Source: a bacterium
GTDB lineage: Bacteria > Patescibacteriota > Minisyncoccia > Phycocordibacterales > UBA2100
Assembly (NCBI GenBank): GCA_038128225.1
Contig: JAYPJF010000001.1
Span: 168,092-232,091 of the forward strand
DNA: 64,000 bases
Direction: 5' to 3'
The notes beneath the pieces are model-generated. The model did not search any database and was not told where the DNA came from. It worked only from the letters and a program-made list of their open reading frames with translations. The position numbers and the translations under genes were made by a program. How positions within the stretch are numbered: position 1 is the stretch's first letter; each line of letters starts with the position of its first letter. Below are positions 19,095-28,662 of the stretch, piece after piece.

Positions 19095-19895
19095 TTACTG
19101 AGTGTCCTTTATATCGATCGACACCGGGCAATGGTCAGAACCATACACTTGTGCATGAATGCGCGCCTGAGAAACAAATTTACCGAATCTCTGGCTCACA
19201 AAGAAATAGTCTATCCTCCAACCAATGTTTCTATCCCGCGCGTGCGAAAAGTTACTCCACCACGTGTAGTGCCCGTTGCCTTTCTGAAAAACCCTAAAAG
19301 TGTCAACAAAACCGGCTTGTTCAATATTGTCGACACCAGATCGCTCTTCTTTCGTAAACCCATGCTCGCCTTCGTTTTGTTTTGGTTGTGCCAAGTCATC
19401 TTCAGTGTGCGCGACATTTAAATCTCCACAAAATATAAGTGGTTTTTTCTCATCTAACACCTTGCAATACTCTAGAAATGCAGGGTCCCAGTGCTTATGG
19501 CGCATCTCCAGACGAGAAAGATCTGGTTTTGAGTTCGGTGTATATACCGTCATCAAGTGAAACGCGTCGAACTCAAGGGTTATAACCCGTCCTTCTGTGT
19601 TTAGATCACCGTATCCATCCGTAAGGTGGTATTTATCAGTGATTTCTTTGGGAAACCCTAGATACACTGACTGAGGCTGCCGTTTTGTGAATATGGCGGT
19701 GCCACTATATCCTTTTTTTTGAGCAGAATTCCAATATTCCTCGTATTCAGACAGTTCGATCTCGGCCTGCCCGCGCTCGGCCTTGGTTTCTTGGAGACAC
19801 ACGATGTCAGGCTTAAGCTCCTCAAGCATAGGGAGAAACATTTTTTTATTATGGACCGCACGAATGCCGTTTACGTTCCAAGACACAAGTCGCAT
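19095..19895 (-). CDS. xth: Exodeoxyribonuclease III (AP endonuclease)
   Basis: Translation reads MRLVSWNVNGIRA...CLQETK...GDLNVAH...SDHCPV. Confidence 0.9.
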   Translation of the reverse strand: MRLVSWNVNGIRAVHNKKMFLPMLEELKPDIVCLQETKAERGQAEIELSEYEEYWNSAQKKGYSGTAIFTKRQPQSVYLGFPKEITDKYHLTDGYGDLNTEGRVITLEFDAFHLMTVYTPNSKPDLSRLEMRHKHWDPAFLEYCKVLDEKKPLIFCGDLNVAHTEDDLAQPKQNEGEHGFTKEERSGVDNIEQAGFVDTFRVFQKGNGHYTWWSNFSHARDRNIGWRIDYFFVSQRFGKFVSQARIHAQVYGSDHCPVSIDIKDTQ

Positions 19896-19912
19896 ACAGT
19901 TTATGCTATCAC

Positions 19913-20893
19913 TCAGCTTCGCTTTCTTCCATGGAACTTTTTATGTACTTCTTTAAGGTGTTTGTCGGTTACGTGCGTATAAATCTGTGTTGTATTAATG
20001 CTTGCATGCCCCAAAAGAGCCTGAACACTACGAATATCTGCTCCATTCTGCAGCAGATCGGTAGCAAATGAATGCCTTACAATGTGCGGGGTCACTTTTT
20101 TAGTGATACCAGCCTTAATAGCGTTGCGTTTCACCATGCGCTCAATCGAGCGAACAGTGAGGCGGCTCGCTTTGCCGCGTGCACCCTTGCCATAGTGTAC
20201 AAAAAGCGCCCCGTCGAGATCTTTGCGCGCATCGAGATACATTTTTATAGCCTTCTTAGCCTCGGGTGAAAAAAATACCACGCGCACCTTCTCGCCTTTG
20301 CCGCGGACAGAAAGCTCATCCCGACTTAAATCAACGTCTCGATCAAGTGAGGCAAGTTCTGAGACACGTAGCCCTGTTGAAAAGAGTGTCTCAAGAATCG
20401 CTCGGTCACGCAATCCTTGGAGGCTTTGGAGGTCAGGGGCAGCAAGCAACCTGCCTAATTCTGCCTCAGAAATAAGATCAATCTCACGATCGGGTAATTT
20501 TGCGAGCTCAATTGTTTCCGGCTCAAGTGTTTTGACCCGACATTTACGCAAATACTTCAAAAACGCCCGGAGCGCGATGAGGTAGTAATTCTGAGTTCGC
20601 CTCTTCATTGATCCGCTCACTCCCTCCTGTCGATTGAGCCAGAGCCTGAATTCACGCACAGCGGTCTGTGTTATGTCTTCAGGCTTTTTTGCCTTAGTTT
20701 GAGAGAAAAAACGGGTGAGATACCGATCGTAGTTTTCGACCGTTTTCACCGAACGCCCGCGCTCGATCTCTACATACTCAAGAAATTGCGCCTTGTATTC
20801 TTGGAGATCTGTCGCCACAGGATTATTGTACCTGAGACAACCGGTCAAAGAAGGGCTTGCAATAAGCGAAAGTGCGTGGTACTCTCTCTCCAT
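19913..20893 (-). CDS. xerC: Tyrosine site-specific recombinase XerC/XerD. An alternative GTG start at 20818 is possible.
   Basis: C-terminal catalytic motifs HSFATDLLQNGADIRSVQALLGHASINTTQIYTHV. The ATG at 20893 overlaps the rpsO start codon. Confidence 0.8.
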   Translation of the reverse strand: MEREYHALSLIASPSLTGCLRYNNPVATDLQEYKAQFLEYVEIERGRSVKTVENYDRYLTRFFSQTKAKKPEDITQTAVREFRLWLNRQEGVSGSMKRRTQNYYLIALRAFLKYLRKCRVKTLEPETIELAKLPDREIDLISEAELGRLLAAPDLQSLQGLRDRAILETLFSTGLRVSELASLDRDVDLSRDELSVRGKGEKVRVVFFSPEAKKAIKMYLDARKDLDGALFVHYGKGARGKASRLTVRSIERMVKRNAIKAGITKKVTPHIVRHSFATDLLQNGADIRSVQALLGHASINTTQIYTHVTDKHLKEVHKKFHGRKRS

Positions 20894-21158
20894 GTTGACG
20901 AAACAAAAGAAAGCAAATGAGATCAAAAAAGCACGTCGCCACGACACCGACACCGGTTCTCCGGAGGTGCAGGTTGCGGTTTTGACTCGTCGAATCGATG
21001 AACTTTCTGAGCACTTGCGAAAAAATGACAAAGATAAACATTCGCGCCGCGGCTTGCTCGGACTTGTTGCAGACCGTCGTCGACACCTCAAGTATCTTGA
21101 GAAACACAACAAACGCTCGTACAATGCGCTTGTAAAGAAGCTTGGTCTGAAGAGATAG
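20892..21158 (+). CDS. rpsO: 30S ribosomal protein S15
   Basis: Translation reads MLTKQKKANEIKKARRHDTDTGSPEVQVAVLTRRIDELSEHL. Confidence 0.9.
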   Translation: MLTKQKKANEIKKARRHDTDTGSPEVQVAVLTRRIDELSEHLRKNDKDKHSRRGLLGLVADRRRHLKYLEKHNKRSYNALVKKLGLKR

Positions 21159-21211
21159 AGCTTCTTTTTATATATTGGGGAGTGTACTTTTATACACCAT
21201 AGTATTGTTTT

Positions 21212-21784
21212 ATGTCAGTAATTAAACATGCGCAGCAGCGCGTGGGAGTTTTTATAGATACGCAGAATTTGTACCACAGTGCAAAAAACTTGTATCGTGC
21301 CAAAGTTAATTTTGGAAATGTCTTAAAAGAAGCAGTCGCGGACCGTCAATTGATCCGTGCCCGTGCGTACGTGGTCCACACCGAAGGAGGCGAAGAACTG
21401 CCTTTCTTTGAAGCCCTTCAGAAACTTGGGATTGAGATACGGACCAAAGAATTGCAGGTTTTTTTTGGGGGTGCGAAAAAAGCAGATTGGGATGTAGGTC
21501 TCGCAATAGATGCGGTTGTCGCTGCACCAAAACTTGACGCAGTTATCCTCGCAACAGGGGACGGTGATTTTGTGCCTCTCGTGCACTATTTACAACAAAA
21601 TGAGGGGTGCCAAGTTGAGGTAATTACGTTTGGAAAATCAGCATCAAGCAAGCTTAAAGAAGCCGCTAATGAATTTATCGATATGGACCTTGATCCAAAA
21701 AAGTACCTTATCAATTATCGCCCAGCTCGCTCGAGTGGAAAACGGGCCACGCCGGTTACTACAGAAGACAGCGCTGCTGGGTAG
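21212..21784 (+). CDS. NYN-domain (LabA-like) protein
   Basis: Translation includes VGVFIDTQNLYHSAKN...ILATGDGDFVPLV. Confidence 0.7.
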   Translation: MSVIKHAQQRVGVFIDTQNLYHSAKNLYRAKVNFGNVLKEAVADRQLIRARAYVVHTEGGEELPFFEALQKLGIEIRTKELQVFFGGAKKADWDVGLAIDAVVAAPKLDAVILATGDGDFVPLVHYLQQNEGCQVEVITFGKSASSKLKEAANEFIDMDLDPKKYLINYRPARSSGKRATPVTTEDSAAG

Positions 21785-21817
21785 ACCTTGCGCTTCTTTC
21801 TTAATATTACATAATCC

Positions 21818-22087
21818 TTGCGGTCACTCGTAAAGAGTGCCGTTCTTGAAAAGGAGAGGTTTATGTTTCGATTGGTCGCTCAGTTTATTGCCATGGCGAT
21901 GATCGCCGTGGCAATCGCCGCGTGGCTCGTGGTCAAGAGTGGGCTGCCGATGAACGAGAGTGTGGCGCCCTACTTTCCTGAGGGGACAGCGCAGATCTGG
22001 GGCCTCGGTTCGGCCGGGATCGTGCTCTACGTCGTAACCCTCTTCACCGGCGCCTGGGATGATGCGGGAGACAGCGAAGACGCTTAA
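21818..22087 (+). CDS. Small hypothetical membrane protein, GC-rich (about 63%), with a strong AGGAGAGG Shine-Dalgarno site
   Basis: Two hydrophobic helices, followed by a rho-independent terminator. Confidence 0.45.
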   Translation: MRSLVKSAVLEKERFMFRLVAQFIAMAMIAVAIAAWLVVKSGLPMNESVAPYFPEGTAQIWGLGSAGIVLYVVTLFTGAWDDAGDSEDA

Positions 22088-22121
22088 AGGCTTCCAGTCA
22101 AGGCGTGTGACCGCAAACGGG

Positions 22122-22157
22122 AGCGGCGCAGCAATGCTGCGCCGCCTTCTTTTTTTG
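22122..22157 (+). terminator. Rho-independent terminator (cggcgcagc-aat-gctgcgccg + TTTTTTT)
   Basis: Stem plus T-run seen in the sequence. Confidence 0.65.
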
Positions 22158-22219
22158 GGTAATGTTTGTTAGAGTGCGGCTATTATACACGCGGTCTTTA
22201 GGTAGGCAGTATTCAACAA

Positions 22220-24406
22220 TTGAATGCTGAAACCTGGAGGTCGCACAATAATGCGATTATGCAGAAAAAAGAATATTCGATAGAAGTAGGCGGAAAAACA
22301 CTCACTGCTTTGTTTACCGACTGGGCACAACGAGCGAACGGTTCAGTCATTATGCGTTATGGAAACACCGCAGTACTTATCACCGCTGTCATGGGTGGAG
22401 AGAAGACCGGTCTCGGCTACTTTCCGCTTTCTGTTGAGTACGAGGAGAAATTTTATGCAGCGGGACAAATTCTTGGAAGTCGCTTTATGCGTCGTGAAGG
22501 TCGCCCTTCTGATGAAGCAATCCTTTCTGGACGCATTATCGACCGCACAATCCGTCCTTTGTTCGAACAACACATTCGTCGTGAGATCCAAGTGATTGCG
22601 ACCGTGTTGTCTACCGAAGAAGATGACGCGGACGTCTTGGGGGTTATTGGAGCATCTCTCGCGCTTGGTACGTCAAATATCCCATGGCGAGGACCGGTCT
22701 CTGCGGTGCGTATTGGCCGTGTCGCTGAGAGCGAGTCGTTCATCATAAACCCAACATACAAAGACCGTGACGATGATCGATCTGTACTTGATGTTCTTGC
22801 GTGCGGAAAGGATGGTCTCATCAACATGATCGAGGTTGCCGCAAAAGAAGTGGGTGAGGATGAGCTTGGGCGTGCGCTCGAACGTGCGGTGGAAGAACAC
22901 AACAAGCTTCAAACATGGCAGCAAAACATTATTACTGAGATCGGAAAAAAGAAAGTTGAAATTCCAAAACCACAACTTGTCGCTACAATTCCGGAAGCGT
23001 TTGCGCCATTTGTTCAGAAACTTACTGACGCGATTTTCGCAGGACCAGGTAAGGACAATATAGACGCGGTGAAAGCTGAATGGTCAGCGTTTGTAAAAAC
23101 CCTCGAAGGCACAAACCCTAGTGACGCCGATGATTACTTCGAACATTGCGTGGACGAAATTGTTCACCGAGAAGCGCTCGAGAATGGACGCCGCCCCGAC
23201 AACCGAAAGTTTGACGAGATTCGCCCTCTCTTTGCACAGGCAGGTGGAATTTCTGAGATCATTCACGGAACTGGAATCTTCTACCGTGGCGACACACATA
23301 TATTTTCCGCACTCACGCTCGGGGGGCCCAGTGATGCACAGCTACTCGACACTATAGAGTACCCTGAGACACATAAACGCTTCATGCACCATTACAATTT
23401 TCCACCGTTTTCAGTTGGTGAAACAGGGAAGGTTGGTGGCACAAATCGCCGCATGGTTGGTCATGGTGCCCTCGCTGAAAAAGCACTCCGTGCGGTGATC
23501 CCTGACAAAAACACATTCCCGTATACTATCCGCATCGTTTCTGAAACTCTCTCATCAAACGGATCGAGTTCTATGGGCTCTGTCTGCGCATCAACACTCG
23601 CCCTCATGGACGCGGGTGTCCCTATCACCGCTCCAGTTGCCGGTATCGCAATGGGTCTCATGATGGATGAAAAATCGTATAAAGTGTTGACTGATATTCA
23701 AGGTCCCGAAGATCACCACGGTGATATGGATTTCAAGGTCGCTGGAACGCGCACGGGAGTAACTGGCGTGCAGATGGATGTGAAAGTGAACGGGATTCCG
23801 GTTCCAATTCTGCGCGAAGCATTTGCACAAGCACAAAAAGCGCGTTTTGAAATCCTCGAAGTATTGCGGAGTGCAATTTCTATTCCTCGCTCGGATATTT
23901 CCCCGCGCGCGCCGAAGATAATCACCATGAAAGTAAAAGTGGAGCAGATCGGCTTGGTGATCGGCCCGGGCGGAAAAATGATTAACGGCATCAAAGAGCG
24001 CACCGGCGTCGAAGAGATTACTATAGAAGATGACGGCACGGTATTTATTACCGGTAAAAACGGCGCCGCCGAAAAAGCGCATAAAGAAATCTACGATCTC
24101 ACTCGTGAGTATAGCGCGGGAGAAAAGTTCGAGGGAGAAGTAACACGACTTCTCGACTTTGGTGCGTTTGTAAAAATTGGACCAAACACCGAAGGGTTGG
24201 TGCATGTTTCAGAAATTGCGCCGTTTAGAATCGAGAAAGTAAGTGATGCGGTTCAGATTGGTGAGGTGGTTCCTGTTATAATCAAAGAGATTGACGAGAA
24301 AGGACGTTATAATCTCTCGATCAAAGCAGCAGACCCTGCGTTTGCGGAACGCAAAGGTCTAAAAACGAACCATGGACCCCGACCAAGCAAAGAACAAAGC
24401 GAGTGA
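22220..24406 (+). CDS. pnp: Polyribonucleotide nucleotidyltransferase (PNPase)
   Basis: Two RNase PH domains, a KH domain and an S1 domain. The gene ends with TGA, so TGA functions as a stop codon in this genome. Confidence 0.9.
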   Translation: MNAETWRSHNNAIMQKKEYSIEVGGKTLTALFTDWAQRANGSVIMRYGNTAVLITAVMGGEKTGLGYFPLSVEYEEKFYAAGQILGSRFMRREGRPSDEAILSGRIIDRTIRPLFEQHIRREIQVIATVLSTEEDDADVLGVIGASLALGTSNIPWRGPVSAVRIGRVAESESFIINPTYKDRDDDRSVLDVLACGKDGLINMIEVAAKEVGEDELGRALERAVEEHNKLQTWQQNIITEIGKKKVEIPKPQLVATIPEAFAPFVQKLTDAIFAGPGKDNIDAVKAEWSAFVKTLEGTNPSDADDYFEHCVDEIVHREALENGRRPDNRKFDEIRPLFAQAGGISEIIHGTGIFYRGDTHIFSALTLGGPSDAQLLDTIEYPETHKRFMHHYNFPPFSVGETGKVGGTNRRMVGHGALAEKALRAVIPDKNTFPYTIRIVSETLSSNGSSSMGSVCASTLALMDAGVPITAPVAGIAMGLMMDEKSYKVLTDIQGPEDHHGDMDFKVAGTRTGVTGVQMDVKVNGIPVPILREAFAQAQKARFEILEVLRSAISIPRSDISPRAPKIITMKVKVEQIGLVIGPGGKMINGIKERTGVEEITIEDDGTVFITGKNGAAEKAHKEIYDLTREYSAGEKFEGEVTRLLDFGAFVKIGPNTEGLVHVSEIAPFRIEKVSDAVQIGEVVPVIIKEIDEKGRYNLSIKAADPAFAERKGLKTNHGPRPSKEQSE

Positions 24407-25604
24407 CGGTGAAACCGAAAGTGGGCTGCGAGGCGATGTAGCAAAAATTCTCAACGAGATTACATTGCCTGAAAAAAGAACGTTTCACGCCAAAGCTGAC
24501 GTGCAGCGCCCTAACTTCCAACTCCCACAATCGTCTGCACCAGTGACCGTACACCGAGAAGCTGCACCGGCACGTATACCTGTTTCACCACCGCGCGCGG
24601 AAGAAAAATCACCAGATACCGTCCCACACATACAAGAAATTCCTCTCCGTGCCGCTCCAGAGACCAGCGCTTTGTCAGGTCCAAGCATTGTTCAACAGTT
24701 GCATGACGTCAAAAGCGACGGCCAACTTGCGCCTGTGAGAACGCTTAAGTTTGACCTCCAAGAACTCGTGAAAGAGAAAAAAATGTCGCTTGTACGCGCT
24801 GCAACTCTTGAAAGCGAAAAGCGACGCAAACGAGATGAAGCCGCGTCAGGACTACAGCCCCAACGGCCACGCCGCCGCGTGGTGGGGTACGTCGTTGGAA
24901 TTTTCTTTTTTTTCGTTATAGGGTTTGCGGCGATTGCTGCAGTGCTCTTGATTGAAAATGAGCGCGCGCAGCCCGCTCAGCAAGTGTCAGAATCGGCACT
25001 CATGTTTGCAGAGAACACGCTTGTCTTCCCACTTACCGAAGTGGCACCTCGAGAAACAAAACAACGCCTTGCCGCGGCGCGAACTCAGCTGCCCATCACC
25101 CTTGGCGCGATTACGCGAATCGTGCCACTTGTTTCATTCTCTGATATTGAAACTGGAGAAAAAATTGAGCGCCCGGTAAATACTCGCGAATTCCTCGATG
25201 CGCTTGGTGCACGTCCTGGAGATGATTTGGTTCGGGCATTTGATGATGAGTTTTTCTTTGGTATGCATTCGATCGGTGAAACGGTTCCTGTGTTTGTCAC
25301 ATCAATCCGCTCCTACGAGCGCGCATTTGCCGGAATGCTCGCATGGGAAGCGCGCCTCAATGAAGACTGGGCACCCATCTTTTCACTCTCCCCCCACGAG
25401 GCGCGCAAACCTGATGGAACGCTTTCCCTTTCGCGTTTCGAAGACGCGATTATCCGCAACTTTGACGTGCGTGTACTTAAAGACCCCGAAGGGAATGTCC
25501 GGATGATGTATTCGTTCCCGACACAAGATATTTTAGTAATCGCCGAAAGCGCACACACGCTTACTGAAACCCTCGCCCGTCTTCAGGCACAGCGTCGTAT
25601 TTAA
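24372..25604 (+). CDS. Hypothetical membrane protein with a single TM helix. It overlaps the pnp 3' end by 35 nt.
   Basis: TM helix VVGYVVGIFFFFVIGFAAIAAVLLI. Confidence 0.45.
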   Translation: MDPDQAKNKASDGETESGLRGDVAKILNEITLPEKRTFHAKADVQRPNFQLPQSSAPVTVHREAAPARIPVSPPRAEEKSPDTVPHIQEIPLRAAPETSALSGPSIVQQLHDVKSDGQLAPVRTLKFDLQELVKEKKMSLVRAATLESEKRRKRDEAASGLQPQRPRRRVVGYVVGIFFFFVIGFAAIAAVLLIENERAQPAQQVSESALMFAENTLVFPLTEVAPRETKQRLAAARTQLPITLGAITRIVPLVSFSDIETGEKIERPVNTREFLDALGARPGDDLVRAFDDEFFFGMHSIGETVPVFVTSIRSYERAFAGMLAWEARLNEDWAPIFSLSPHEARKPDGTLSLSRFEDAIIRNFDVRVLKDPEGNVRMMYSFPTQDILVIAESAHTLTETLARLQAQRRI

Positions 25605-25619
25605 ATTTGCAGACTGTGT

Positions 25620-25997
25620 TTGTGTTGGTATCATGATCGCATGCAGAATCATGATCAGGAACATTTCCGCGAGCGATTACAAAAAGAGCGCCAGGATATT
25701 GAACAAACACTGCGTGAGCGGGGGCATAAAATCGAGGGGCAAGACGATTGGCAAGGCGTTTCTACGGATGTCATAACCGATACCGCCGACGTTAATGAAG
25801 TCGCCGATCAAATCGAAGAGCTCGCAAACAATGTTGCGATCGTCGAAGAACTTGAAAAACGCCTCCACGCCATTACCGCAGCGCTCGCGAAGATCGAAAA
25901 CGGTACCTACGGAATTTGTGACGTATGTGGTGAACGCATCCCACAAGAACGCCTCGAAGCAAACCCTGCGGCTGCAACCTGTACCGCGCACGCATAG
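25620..25997 (+). CDS. DksA/TraR-family C4 zinc-finger-like protein
   Basis: C-terminal motif GTYGICDVCGERIPQERLEANPAAATC. Confidence 0.6.
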   Translation: MCWYHDRMQNHDQEHFRERLQKERQDIEQTLRERGHKIEGQDDWQGVSTDVITDTADVNEVADQIEELANNVAIVEELEKRLHAITAALAKIENGTYGICDVCGERIPQERLEANPAAATCTAHA

Positions 25998-27521
25998 GTG
26001 TACAATACGGACATGAGTTTTGCGCGCATTACGAGCGCACAACCTGACATTCCTCACGCACACCTTGTCGACGTAGAAACCGACGTCGCTCGTGGCCTTC
26101 ATGCGTTTTCAGTGGTTGGTCTTCCAGACAAAGCGGTTGAAGAAGCGCGAGACCGTATCGCGTCCGCGATCAAGCACAGCGGCTTTACTTCACCAAAAAG
26201 TACCAACAAAAAAATAGTTATTTCGCTCGCGCCCGCAGCATTACGAAAAGAGGGTGCGGTTTTTGATGTGCCCATGGCGCTCGGATATCTGCTTGCGGCA
26301 GAAGAAATCAGAGCCGACACTAACACGATGGTCTTTGCAGGCGAGCTTGCGCTCGATGGAAAGGTACGCCCTATTCGGGGCACGCTTTCGATAGCTCTCG
26401 CCGCGAAGACCCGGGGGCTCACCCACGTGTTTGTTCCATACGAAAACGCACCAGAAGCCGCGCTTGTTTCCGGGATCTCCGTGTACCCGGTTACATCTCT
26501 TAATGAACTCGTGGGGCACCTGACCAAAACCAAATTGCTGTCCGTATATACACCTACCCAAGAAACCTCCTCCTCTGAATCCAGCGATGACCTTGAGGCG
26601 ATCCGTGGGCAAGAACATGCTAAACGTGCGCTTGAAATTGCTGCAGCCGGCCGTCACAACATTGCTCTCTTTGGACCACCAGGAACGGGTAAAACCATGC
26701 TCGCGCGTGCATTATGTTCACTACTACCTCCTCTTACTGAAGAAGAGCAAATTGTTGTGACGAGCATCCATTCATACACCGGAACACTTAAGGCCGGTGT
26801 TGCACACCACCCACCATTTCGCGCACCCCACCACACCGCTTCGCATGTTTCTCTTGTTGGTGGTGGTTCAATTCCAAAACCTGGTGAAGTCACGCTTGCG
26901 CACTGCGGCGTTCTGTTTCTCGACGAATTTCCAGAATTTGCGCGTGATTGCATTAACGCGTTACGCCAACCACTGGAAGACCGAGTCGTTTCGGTTTCAC
27001 GAGCGAAAGGCGCGGTGACCTATCCGGCTCATTTTATGCTTGTTGCGGCACTAAACCCGTGTCCCTGCGGTCATTTTGGCTCAGTTCGGTGCACATGCTT
27101 GCCGATCGCAATCGAACGATACCGTAAAAAAGTTTCAGGCCCTATTATGGACCGCATTGACATGTGGGTGCCGGTTGGAAACATTCCCCCCGAAGCGCTT
27201 GCGCTTAGAGGTGTCGGACCGCGTGGAGAGACAGAGGCAGCTCGAGTGCGCGTCGCTGGTGCCCGAGAAATTCAACACAAAAGATTTTCGGACAACAATA
27301 AAGTTAACAGCATGATTTCCGCGCACGATATTGATATTGTTGAGCTTGCTGATACGGTAGAAAAAACTCTGATCGACGCCGCGCGACAACTCGCGCTCTC
27401 TCCGCGAAGCTACCATCGAACAATTAAAGTAGCGCGTACGATCGCAGACCTTGCCGGTTCATCGTCAATAGAAAGCACGCATATGCTCGAGGCGCTTCAG
27501 TACCGACCAAAAGAGTGGTGA
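25998..27521 (+). CDS. comM: Mg-chelatase-like AAA ATPase, ComM/YifB family
   Basis: Walker A FGPPGTGKTM and a Lon-like N-domain. The gene ends with TGA. Confidence 0.85.
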   Translation: MYNTDMSFARITSAQPDIPHAHLVDVETDVARGLHAFSVVGLPDKAVEEARDRIASAIKHSGFTSPKSTNKKIVISLAPAALRKEGAVFDVPMALGYLLAAEEIRADTNTMVFAGELALDGKVRPIRGTLSIALAAKTRGLTHVFVPYENAPEAALVSGISVYPVTSLNELVGHLTKTKLLSVYTPTQETSSSESSDDLEAIRGQEHAKRALEIAAAGRHNIALFGPPGTGKTMLARALCSLLPPLTEEEQIVVTSIHSYTGTLKAGVAHHPPFRAPHHTASHVSLVGGGSIPKPGEVTLAHCGVLFLDEFPEFARDCINALRQPLEDRVVSVSRAKGAVTYPAHFMLVAALNPCPCGHFGSVRCTCLPIAIERYRKKVSGPIMDRIDMWVPVGNIPPEALALRGVGPRGETEAARVRVAGAREIQHKRFSDNNKVNSMISAHDIDIVELADTVEKTLIDAARQLALSPRSYHRTIKVARTIADLAGSSSIESTHMLEALQYRPKEW

Positions 27522-27608
27522 GTATTAAAACGGTTTCTCGCACCTTACTAATTAAAGGCACTTGATTGACGGAGCGTAATCAGGTATTTGGCAGTACTTA
27601 AAAACAAA

Positions 27609-27634
27609 GGCGACAGGCACCGCGGCCTGTCGCT
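27609..27634. terminator. Bidirectional terminator hairpin (gcgacagg...cctgtcgc) between the convergent genes
   Basis: Stem flanked by A-run and T-run, seen in the sequence. Confidence 0.5.
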
Positions 27635-27647
27635 TCTCGTTACGCTG

Positions 27648-27998
27648 TCAATCCCAGATGGTCCACTGTTCCGTGACGCATGCATTCACGTTGTATTCTG
27701 TAACCCTTGTCCCATCTTTCATGATAGCCAACAAATCGTACCTGCAATAGCCGGTACCGTCATCGATGTCGGCTATAATTGAATCCCCCGAGGAAAGAGT
27801 GCCTCCACGAAGCATATCGTAGTCCCAACGACTTTGGCCAACATTTGAGGCATACACCTCGACGATGGCGAACGAAGACTTGTTGACGATGATGATGCGC
27901 CGATCATACTGGTCAGCTGCTGCAAGACTTGCATACGCACCACACATACTGAGGCAAGCTAAAGCTGCGAATGCGGCACGCGACAGGCTCTTCCTCAT
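27648..27998 (-). CDS. Small secreted protein with a signal peptide, GC-rich
   Basis: Translation reads MRKSLSRAAFAALACLSMCGAYA.... This is the C-terminal part of the 272-aa track ORF. Confidence 0.5.
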   Translation of the reverse strand: MRKSLSRAAFAALACLSMCGAYASLAAADQYDRRIIIVNKSSFAIVEVYASNVGQSRWDYDMLRGGTLSSGDSIIADIDDGTGYCRYDLLAIMKDGTRVTEYNVNACVTEQWTIWD

Positions 27999-28128
27999 AA
28001 AACACTCCTTCTGAAAGGGAAGCGGGTGAAAATGAGCTTCCGGTCCGTATTGTATTTTGGAGCTTGCACGAGTCAAGAAAGAGCCGCCGCGCAAAATGCG
28101 CGGCGGCCCCCATGTCGCCAAGCCAGCA

Positions 28129-28485
28129 CTACTGCTCGGCGAAAATACGGCAATTGCCATACCCATCGCGCCGCGCCTTGTCCTTGACGAGCCAAGCTGC
28201 CGCCTGCCAGCTGAATTGCGAAGCGGCAGTATAGATCTCGCCGTCGCAGTCGCCGGCCGCGAAGAAGTGCGTATCAAGTTCGGCAGTGCTCTTGGAACAA
28301 CTGCCGCCCCAGTTAGCGCGACAGCTGGCCACAGCGGCTTTGCGCGCCGACTCCATTGTCGGATACCCCTCGACATAGGAACTGCCGGCGCTACTCGCGG
28401 CAATGGCCGCGTAGCCGGCGTGGACGATACTTGGACTCGCCAGTGTGGCGAACAGCAGGGTTCCAACGAAACCTCGTGTCTTCAT
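28129..28485 (-). CDS. Small secreted Cys-containing protein with a signal peptide, GC-rich
   Basis: Translation reads MKTRGFVGTLLFATLASPSIVHA. Confidence 0.5.
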   Translation of the reverse strand: MKTRGFVGTLLFATLASPSIVHAGYAAIAASSAGSSYVEGYPTMESARKAAVASCRANWGGSCSKSTAELDTHFFAAGDCDGEIYTAASQFSWQAAAWLVKDKARRDGYGNCRIFAEQ

Positions 28486-28662
28486 CCTATAACTCCAGTG
28501 TTAGCTTTTGTCTCAGACAACCGCGTCTTCGACTGCCGCTAAAATAACATATCGCAAAAGTACCGCAAACCTCTGTTGTGCACCACGAAAAGAAGCTCTC
28601 AGCGCTGCGAGAGTCATGAGTAACCCCGCGTACGCAGGAGCTGAGCACCGGCGCGGTGAATA

